Source: Pelomyxa schiedti
Lineage: Eukaryota > Protista > Evosea
Assembly (NCBI GenBank): GCA_020536535.1
Contig: JAHLWZ010000810.1
Location: 62,001-126,000 of the forward strand
DNA: 64,000 nucleotides
Direction: 5' to 3'
Numbering within the stretch: position 1 is the first letter of the stretch; every line of letters starts with the position of its first letter. The notes beneath the pieces are model-generated. The model saw only the letters and a program-made list of their open reading frames with translations. It did no database searches and was not told where the DNA came from. Shown here piece after piece: positions 13,371 to 23,391 of this stretch. The position numbers were made by a program, and so were the translations under genes.

Positions 13371-15649
13371 ATGGCGGCACAGAAGGAGGGAAGGGTGTTA
13401 CTGTACGGACCGTGCTGTGTGGGGAAAACGGCTCTAATGGAGTCGTATGTGCCGGTCTTGTTGCGACTCTGCTCGGCACTCCTTTTTTTTTTTTTCTTTT
13501 TACCAACGCACTTTGAAATGCAGGTATTGCAGTGGTCGATGGCGTCCGGAGTCTTACGACGGTTCTTTGGAAGTTTCGGTGAGTAGCCCAAAAATTGTTT
13601 ACATCCTTGCCAATCATGTAGTAGTACAAAAAAATGGTGGTTGTTGATTCTGTTCCTGTGATACTGGAGTTCTTGGACACGTGTGTACCAGGGACCAGTA
13701 GCATTTTTTCTTTAACGACAAAAACAAAACAAATTAAAATAAAACAAAACAAACAAACAAACAAAAAAAAGTGCTGGGCAGGAAGAATATCCTTCCATGC
13801 TATCACAGATGTATGTAACCACTTCTAGAAGATTTTTTTTTACATTGTGTGCCACTACCAGTTTCCGGAGTGCAAATGTGGTCCTTTTATGCTTCTCTCT
13901 TGATAACCGAAGTACTTTTGATGACGCTTTGAACAGATTCTTCCCTGAAATTCGTCAAGAATCGCAGGTAGTTAAAAATAAATGGTTTCTTTACCGAACC
14001 TCTTTACCATTGGTTTGTGGGTTTTTAGGGGGTAGTCATTCTTGCTGGTCTCAGACTAGACCTTATTAATACAGAGCACCCTTCAACCAGTGACGTATGT
14101 ACTTTCTTGTGCATTGACAACCGTTTAAATATTGTTCTTACTTTGCGTGCAGCCGCCTTCAGGGACCACAGTTTCATTTCAGGAGGGTATTTCTGCAGCT
14201 ATAAAAAATGCAATGTATGGTTACTTTCAATGCAGGTGCAGTGTACTATGCTATTGTTCCTTTTACCAAAACTTGTTTAGCGCCAAGCAAGCAGTTGGCC
14301 TGGACAACCTTTTTGTGGAAGTATGCCGAGCTGGGATGTTTGGCGACAAGAAGTCTATGTCCACAAAAAAACCAGGACTCTTCAGTTTTTTTTCAAAAAG
14401 ATCGCATAACAAGCCAGTATCCACACAAAAGTGAACCTCTACTACTTCTATGTTCTTTTATCTCATTTTTGAAGTTCCCACCATACCGTGGATATCTCTC
14501 CAGGAACTGTTGTCCAAACTTCACTGAACGTCATCCCCAATAACATTTGGCTCTGTACGTAAGACACAAAAAGTTTTTTCCCCAACCCCACAAATCAGTT
14601 GTCATGGAATACCTTGACTTCCCGGCACTGATCCGGGTCTCTCGAACATGCAAGCTGTTTTATCACCTTGCCAAGACCGAACCAATGTGGACAAATGCAT
14701 TTCGTGGGGTTTGGAATTACCCTGGCTTTGTTAAAGGATTGAGTTGGAAAAACCCCTCGTTCACATGGGACCCTGAAAGGTGTTTCCATGACTATGTTCC
14801 CCCTCCACCAAGACGCCGGCGTGTATGTATCACATATATGAGTTGGCATTCCTCAAATTGCGCAGTCCGGTTCAGATGACATTGTCTGCTTTGGTCCAAA
14901 TACGAGCATCTTGCTGTCTAATAACAAGGTTTGCCCTATGAAAGACCTAGCAGTCGGGAATCAAGTTCTTGCTTTCTATCCCACTTACAATGACTGTGGT
15001 TATTTTTCTCTCGCTGTTGTGCACTGCATTTGGAAGTGTGTGTTTCGCGATTCATACAAAATCTCAGACCTATAGATGTCCAGTGCATCGGGCTATTCCA
15101 ATGATTGTTATTCACAGCAACTCGACCGACTCAGCAACCGAGTCAGTACTTGAAATCACGCCCGACCACCCAATTCTACAGCTGAATGACCACTGTCAAC
15201 AGCACCCAGTGATTACGCAAATAACCAACAATGAACACAACAAGTGGTGCCTCCCTACCGCCCTCGGTGAACCACAAATGATTGATGTGGAGTATGTCTA
15301 CAACATAGCACTGCAGTCACTCCCACCGCGGCAACACACACTCAGCATAATTCCGGCATCAGATTCCATCAACAGCGGCACCAGCACAAACGATACAGCT
15401 TCCAGTGGTTCCAGCCCCCACTGCCCTGATAATGATTGCGATGGTGTTGATTACGACCCTAACACACAGAGACGTGGTGGAGGAGGTGTGGTGGTTGGTA
15501 GGTGGTGCTGTTGCACTCTTGGGATGAGTGTCCCTGGCTACCCTGATGACTGGTGGGGTACTGACCGTGTCATATCCTGGCTGGAATCCAGGCCTGACTT
15601 CCCAAATGTACAATCACACCCACCACTCCACCACTCCAAAAAGTGCTAG
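13371..15649 (+). CDS. Fusion protein: atypical Rho-like GTPase + F-box + Hint (Vint-type) domain
   Basis: GTPase motifs GPCCVGKT, DTAGQEEY, GLRLD and CSAK. Introns 14431-14474, 14555-14598, 14823-14865 and 15036-15075 join these in frame to an F-box (LNVIPNNIWLFVMEYLDFPALIRVSRTCKLFYHLA) and a Hint domain (CFGPNTSILL...MKDLAVGNQV...ITPDHP...YVYNI...CCTLG...WWGTDRV). Confidence 0.8.
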
Positions 15650-15817
15650 TAATGAGGCTGCTCTGCTCAAGCCAACAAAAGTTTTTCCTCCTCTATTCAC
15701 TCCGCATTCCTTGAAAATTTTCCGAAGATGAACAAAATTTTGTTCGTTCGTCTCAGAGCCACGGCTTTGAGAGAACAAAGGGGCTGTAAGGAAAAAAAAC
15801 ACAAACAAATGATACAT

Positions 15818-17261
15818 TTAACTGCCACGCAAGGGGCAGCTTGAGGTGGGTGATAAAGGGGAGATCTGTGGCTCAGGTCTCGTTGGGTTGGTGGTTGTGT
15901 CGGTGGAGGCGGAAACACGGCGCTCGCTTTTTTGTTTCTTCATTTGTGCGGGGTGCTCGCGAATGAATACTGTTGTGTTGGGTGGAATGTCCTCTTGAAT
16001 CCACGAGTTTGCTCCAATACTCACATTGTCACCAATGATTATTGGGCCTAGTGTTAATGGTGAATTTTATGGAAAGTAAAATTAAGTACTTGTAGTTTGG
16101 GGGGACGTTATGCTATCATACCTAACAGTTTTGTTCCAGTTCCTATAACTACATGGTTTCCAACAGTAGGGTGCCTTTTATAGGGCCCTTTTTTGAGTGT
16201 CTTGGTGGATTCGTCAATCTCGAAGTGGAGGGCGCCGAGAGTCACGTTTTGGTATAACCGGCACCAACTTCCAATTTCTTTAATTGACAACAAATTGAGA
16301 AACACTTATTGGCGAGGGCTTGATTACCTGCAGTTTCTCCTATCACAGTGCCCACCCCGTGATCGATGAAGAAATACTACAGTTTTTAAGTGATTGATTT
16401 CCCATTAGCATGGACATCACACCTCACCAATTTTCGCTCCTGGATGCAGATCGATCGCTGTTAGTCTGTGGACCATTTCACATAATTCTCTTGGATAGAC
16501 AAGTGCCTTCACCAAGTAAAATTCATGTGCTATCCTTTGTATCATCACTGCAGCAAGGCCTGGAATGTCTAAGTTCCTCACAGGAAAATAGAGTGACACA
16601 CTTGGATAACAGCGAATGATTTCCGCAATTGAAGCTGCTGCGGGATCACCCTGGTATGCTGCTAAAACTACATGATCATTATAAATACAATGAACGAAGT
16701 ACAGTTGAGACTCTTACCATCTTTCTTCAGTAGTTCCCGTATCTCCCCCAGCTTCAAAAATACAACGACTACCATTCCCACAACACTTAGCACATCCTGA
16801 TGATACGGGAAAATCCCATCAAACATTACTCCTGCGAGGTGATTCAACTTCTCTCGCAATAGAGGCTTGTTTCCCAGTACAGCGAGTTCACAGCAGTTAT
16901 AAAACCGCGGCCACATTATCTGTTAATATGAGGAACTTAGCTAGCACCCCAAGTGAATGACTACTACCTCCATAAGCAAATCCAGCTCCGTGAAGGTTAT
17001 TCTCAATGGGAAGGTTACATACCTTCCCATGTTGGAGCTTGCCGTTACCCTAGATGACTGCATCTCTCTTAGGACAGGATCCCTCCCGTCGCCTTGCTGT
17101 ACTATTCGCGCTGGCGAAACAGACGCGGCAGAAGCCACCAAGGACGTGAACCGCTGGTCTGCAGAATCCAGCTCATAACTACGCTGCAGCGACGCAATCA
17201 CATCGCTAGACACAATTGTGTCCAGGTGAGGAGCAAGTGGGACCGGCCAAACGTATGACAT
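15818..17261 (-). CDS. cysE: Serine O-acetyltransferase (cysteine biosynthesis), multi-exon
   Basis: Motifs 'AYQGDPAA', 'IQRIAHEFY', '[12 protein letters not shown]', '[13 protein letters not shown]', 'YQNVTLGA' and '[13 protein letters not shown]' (hexapeptide beta-helix). Confidence 0.93.
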
Positions 17262-17658
17262 TCAAAGGCACTCTTTAGCAGCAACTCTGTCACCTCTGTA
17301 ACTTTTGTTTTTCCAGTCTGATTGATGACTGTACGTGGCTGTGGGCCCCTTTCCACTCAGCAAAGAATTACACACAAAACACGTTGCACCTGTGTGTATC
17401 AATCTTTTGAAATGGAAAAAAATCCGGAGATGGAAGACGCCTCCCTGATCTTTAGGAACGACCTTCTCAGAGTAAAGTTATTCGTCTTCGCCACTTTTTC
17501 GCCTAAGATTGAAAGAAAATCTGGGCTTCCTAAATTTGAAAAGAAGCTTCGTTTTGATTTGATATGAACAGAAATCTTTTTGTGTGTTTTCTTGTTCGTT
17601 ACAATCACAGGAACTGTAGCGACGAGTTGAATAGTGCTTCCAGATTGTGAAAGGGATG

Positions 17659-18626
17659 TTATGATATTAGCAATGATGGTTTCCAATAGCGGAGCTTGGG
17701 GACATTGTGGTGGTTAATGCTGAACTGTAAAAGCCCTCGGCCACTACGAACGTTTAGCAGCTCTTTGATTGACTGGAAGGGAGGAATGATTGGTGCGGTG
17801 TCAAATTGAGGAAATGTGATGTTACCAGGAACGGGGGGCCAATAGCTGTAGAGTCTGGAAGTGCCTTGTAGCTGCCCTCATCATGTTTAAGTGCCATGCA
17901 TACAGCTTCTCCAATCAGCATCAGTGCGCACGTATTCCCATCTCGAAGAGCTGAGAGAGTCATATTCAGAGCAAGTGTGACCTGCTCTGCCTTGTCACTT
18001 GGAGAGTACCTATTCAAACCGATGTTACACAAAAACTCAAAGATGGGCATTACCCTAAGAGAGTTACAAAGTCAAATAAGCAAGCCGCAGGATTTAACCA
18101 CGCAGCGCCCCCACCTGCCAGTGATACAATTTTGTAGTTGTATTTGACCAATTCCTGAGCAACCATATGCCCTCTAATACCTACTTGGCAGTACTAACGA
18201 AGGTTTTTCATTTAGAATAGAGATCAACAAGTAGGGTGCAAAAGCATACCACAACAATAAGTTTATCCTGAAAAGCCCTACGGAATGCTTCATCTCTTAT
18301 AGCAGTAACAACCAATTCTCCCATCGGAATCACGGTACTATACCAATTACGAGGGGGAAACAAAGCCCCAAACAACAAATGCATGTGTAAAAAAACAAAA
18401 AAAAAAAAATAACAAAAAAAAAAAACCTATTGGGAATTGGTGGCTCCGCAGCATAAGGTTCGTCCCTCTCCACTATGCACAAAACGGCAGTCTTCGCACG
18501 GCCTTCCTCCGTAGACAGTAGCTTTTGCAGCGTCTGTCTGTGGATCTCCAGATTGTCCGCGCCCCCCGGCGACCCGCTCCCACCACTGCCGTTTAGCTTG
18601 GCACCACTCCCCGGATGGCTGCACAT
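17659..18626 (-). CDS. Hypothetical protein (about 230 aa, multi-exon)
   Basis: ATG at 18626 (MCSHPGSG...). Open exons are separated by GT-AG introns and end in TAA at 17659-17661. No family recognised. Confidence 0.5.
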
Positions 18627-18832
18627 CGTCGGTCGTTGTGTGTGACTTGTCACAACCAAAACTGGAAACTGACCCGACGCCTTCCCAATCGTTTTTCCTG
18701 ATTCGACCCAGCAACGAAATAGTTTCCCCTTTTCCCCTAAAGATGGTGGTGGTACAGTGCTGTTGGGTTTCCGCAATGTGATAATTATTACTTATCCGTT
18801 GTTTGGTTTTTTTTTTGCCCCTTCGGTTTGCT

Positions 18833-21800
18833 TCAGGGGCGTGATTTTGGCTTGGGCTTGTTCTCGATAGTATCAATGTCAAATGGAGGATGCCCAAGTG
18901 GAAGGAGTGCCTGCCAGACCCTCACTGAGGCTGGATGGGGTGGTTGCTGATAGGGGTTGCATACAACTGTTTTTTTTTGGGGGGGGGTTTTGTGAGAAAT
19001 TTGGGAATGTTGTTTAGAAGGTTGGGCTGGTAGGAGTACTCACAGGAATTATCTAGTTGAAGTTCTGTGTGGCACTCTGGTAGGGATGCGGCCATGGAAA
19101 CTACAAAGTTGTCAAGGTCATCATGCCAGTCACCTTGGTGAAAATGTTTTTCAGTGAAAGCGTGATTGTGGAATGGAACTGACCTTCCTTTACCATGGAC
19201 AGGTATCCACCAACGGTTGTATGTTGAACTTTAAGCTTGATTCGCTGGTCATTGTCCTCAAGTGGCACCAAGAATCCGGCAGTAAAAGTCTAGTTCAGTG
19301 TGTTAGTTTGGAATTTAAGAATGGGAATATGTACTTGTGCGAGATAATGGCGTGCAAGTCCATGCCAATCATTGGGAGCCAAGTTCAAAGAACTCCAGTA
19401 GTCAATCGGGGACTTTTGGTACTGGAAAAGATGGCGGGGAACAAAATCTTCCAAAAATTGCTGTTGGAAAGTATGTTTAGAGTAACGAAGACCGGTTTGT
19501 TGTCTACATACAGCTGCCATATTGATCGTCCTGAAAAGATCGGTCTTGGAGAGTTTAACATTGCCCATGTCACTGTCTTGAGGCAAACGTTTTCTTCTTT
19601 TCATGATCAACTTCTCCAACTCCTGGATTTGAGAATGCACATTCTCGTTGATGGCCCTACTTAGCTCGTGATTGGTATCCAGAATGGCGGCATATGGATG
19701 AAGACAGGTTACAAAAAGATTTTCAAGCGCCCTTTGGGGTTCCCTGTTTCGAAATGTTACTCGTTGCGAGCAAAGAAACAACACGAAAGGAACCTCAGAA
19801 GATGCTCGGTGTAAGCCCGGTACATATCAAGTTCTCTATGTTCCATGTGAAGGTGAAGGGCTAAAAGAGCATTTTCAGGAGCAATCTGTGAGAATTCTAT
19901 AAGTTGTCTATAGGGGTTATCATGATTACTTGGAAGAACAACGAAGAAGATAGACCCTATAAAAATGTGAGGGTCAAGTATGAAATATGATGCACATACA
20001 GGACCAGCAATTCGTCTGGCCATAAATGTGTTTGCTGCTGGGACACGTGCAATATGCTTCACAATGGTGTAGTACATTAGTGTGTCATAGGTCTCATTAA
20101 TGAGCCAACGCAGAAGCCCATAGCCAGAATGAAGTGCAGCAGTGAGAGGATGGATAGTCAAGGTAGCGAGAATAGCACTAGACGACTGCAAAACGCCAGT
20201 GACTACTATCCGCCAGAGATATCGGATAAGAGGGAACCAGTTTGTCCTTGTGCTGGGAGAGGTCATCAAAAAGTATTTAAATAGACTTAAGATTGTACAT
20301 GGAATTGGAGTCATAGAGCCAGATCCTGTACAGGTGAGATACGACTACGGCGACAGGGACATATAACACTGCAGATGGAACGAGAAGTGTCGAAAGCAAG
20401 AGGTTTAAAAGGGTAAGCGGTGGTTGGCAGGTCACAATCAATGCTGTGGAAAGAGAACCCTATGCTCTTATTAGTGCAGGAGAAAGGACTCGGGGCAGAA
20501 ATCGGACTAAAGCAACCTTTATCAAGTAGTTCCATATCGCGTTGAAAATACGTGAGACATTTTTGCCAAGGAAGCCTAGATCAGGGGCACTTTCAAAGTC
20601 CGAACGGGATTTGAAAGCCTAGCTACAAGCTCAACATAAACAAATAGCTGGGAAGTGCGTACGCTTGTCCAGGCTGCACTTACACGGGATGCCAGTGTAC
20701 CAAGTTCTGTTTTTGATGGGGACAGTTTACCAGTGGACCAGTCAAAATCTTCACAAAAGATGTTGGAAAAAAGGAAAATACAGCTGCTTGTGTACCTAAA
20801 CCAGCAGGGTACTTCTTGATTCTAAAAAGAGACTGCAAACTAAGTGGACCCATCCACATATTAAGGACAATAATCCCATACCTAGAAAGGGACATGAACT
20901 TTTTTTGGAAGTGGAAAGTGTCGTACCAGGTATTCAACAACCAGTACCCGGTTCTGTGAAAGAGTGCTCTGACTCTCCAGAACAGTTTATCAGTGTATAT
21001 TTTAACTTGTGTATGCTTGCGAATAGTGTATCTTTTCTTCAGGGAATCAGATGGCACCTGCATCCTGGGTTACTATACTACTTAAAGTACAACCTGAGGC
21101 ACAAAAACCTCTTTAATTTTCCAGTTGGCAGGGTTCCAAATTACACGGGTACACCTAATGAATTTGAAAGGTACAACTCTCCTAGCTAGCTCTTGGGCTA
21201 TGGCTGACTGTTGTGTGTAAATGAATTCCGCTTCTTTATCGATTAAAAAGGCTTGCTGCTTGCACTCATTTGAATCTTTCAAGAGTTTTAGAGTAGACTC
21301 AAAATCTTCCTTTCTACAGGGGAATGAGAAATGAGACACCTTCAAGTTGATGGTTGGGTGCCCTTACTCGTGAATGCGGTCGTATTGTGCCATGGCAGCA
21401 CTTAAGTTCCTTGCAAACCACTCTGGAATACGCGAAAAAAGGGGGTATTCAGCTTTTAAGCGGCGGGATACTTCTTGCTCATGGTTGTCCCGTTTCTCCT
21501 ACAATATATTCTCAATTGGAAATGTCACAGCAAATTGAAAACCTTGTGCAGTGCAGAAAGATGAAATATAAGTCTTACGCAATCTAGATGCTGCAAGAGT
21601 TGTTGGGTGATATGTGGATACTGTAATAGGGAAAGTAAGAAAACGAATTGTGAGGTGTGTTTTACCAGTGCCTCCAATTTCTCAGAAACTTCCAGTATTT
21701 TTTCCCTAAGTAAGCGGTTGAATTCCTGAAGTGAATCAGGTGGTTTCCAGAAAGTATGTAGTTTTATACCACAGCACACTTATCAGCCAACTGCCCTGGT

Positions 21801-23198
21801 GTGAGTTCCAGCAATTCTTCTTTAGTCATTGATTCCTGCACTTGCTTACAGAACACATGTTTCACAACTTTCCATTGCTCCTCCGCTTCCACCACCGCAT
21901 CATGAAGAGTGGTCCAAAACAATCTCATATGAGCATCTTTGGCATTGTCTTCACATGCACTCCTACTTTTGATCATGAAAAGGCGCAGATCAAGCATGAA
22001 ATCGTCAAGCCTTCAAGTGGCATAAGACTTAAGACCAACAACACTCATCCACCTTCTGTGGCATATCATGGGCTCCACTGTGGGAAGAGGCATAAAATCT
22101 CTAAGTTGGAACCGTTTTCTTTGAAGCTCAATCTCCCTTTCACGCTGATGGTTCTAGAAGTTCTTTATTATTTGATGTATTTTTTTTTGGTAGGACCAAT
22201 CAGCACTTACATTCATGGCAGGGACCATGTCTTTCAATCCTACCAATAAGTCTGCAATCCCTCTTACACCCCGAAGAATACTGCAAATACATAAATTCTT
22301 TGAGTGGAGTTTGTGCAACTTACTTTTTTATTCCATTTTTCACGCTGAAGAAATTTCCAATAATCCTATTTGGCATCCAGACCACTACAACACGCAGTGC
22401 AGCTGCCATACTACCTACGAGGGCACCATTAACACGCTCATGGCCAGTTTGTACAAGGCGGGACAGCTTCCACAAATGAAATTGCCCTGGGAAATTAACA
22501 CTAGGGACATCAAATTCTGCCTTGGCTCGAATTTGAGACAATTGAGTGGCATTCAACTATGTGTGAGTTTTCAAAATAAAGCAGTGTCAGGCAGGATTAC
22601 CTTTTTACGTCCATCAGAACCCATTGCTATTCTATTAAGGTCATCGTTCTGAGGCCTTTGGAAAAGAGGAGATTTGGTCTTGGCCTCCTCCCTACCACAA
22701 GTTTGTATTACATGGCAATGTATTACTTAGTTTGTGATGTACACCCCACCCAAATTCTAGTAACAATAAAAGCCCAGCATCATTCAAGGGTGACCCAAAA
22801 ACAGAAATCCCAAATTTGGACACACAGAGATTTACCCACCCCTTTGGCGGCTTGGGCACAGCCAATGCGCTCTCAGGCAGCCTGAAAGTGACTCGGTTCC
22901 ACAGGAAGCACGCGGCGTGCACCGCGTCGCCCACGGCGCGCCTCGCCGTGTACGCGGCGGGTGGCGGGTCCCCCTTGGGCTGCTGCTGCTGCCGCTGCGG
23001 CGGCATCGGGGCCAGCGGCACGGGGCCGCGGCGCGCCTCCATCACCCCCGCGGCCCCCCCAGGAGCCGGGCCCCACTCCGCCTCCCACTCCACGGCCCCC
23101 AGCTCGGGCGGCGGGGCCGTGGGCGACGACGTGCTGCTGGTGGTCGCGGTCGTGGTGGACGTCGTGGGGGTCGTGGCCTCGGCCCCTTGGTCGTCCAT
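18833..23198 (-). CDS. Large uncharacterised protein (probably >1000 aa, multi-exon)
   Basis: ATG at 23198 in a GC-rich first exon (MDDQGAEATT...). A chain of minus-strand exons follows, with a terminal region 'GFLVPLEDND...WHDDLD' and TGA at 18833-18835. No function assignable. Confidence 0.65.
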
Positions 23199-23391
23199 GT
23201 TTATTGCTTGTTTGTTGCCTTTGTTGTTTGTTTTTTTTTTTTGTTGTTGCGGACAAGTGCCTTTTTAGGGGATTTCGGTTTCAAAAAAAGTGAAACAGCA
23301 TTGACTTGTTTTCGTGTGGCGGGTTTTGGTTGGGCATGGAACATAGACACGCAGAAACTGGCAATAGGACATCTACTCGTAGACTTGGGGA

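Noticed and set aside
14887-15649. A true protein-splicing intein with a homing endonuclease
   Set aside because: No terminal His-Asn followed by Cys/Ser/Thr, and no LAGLIDADG or HNH motifs. The insert is low-complexity. It fits a Vint-type Hint domain instead.
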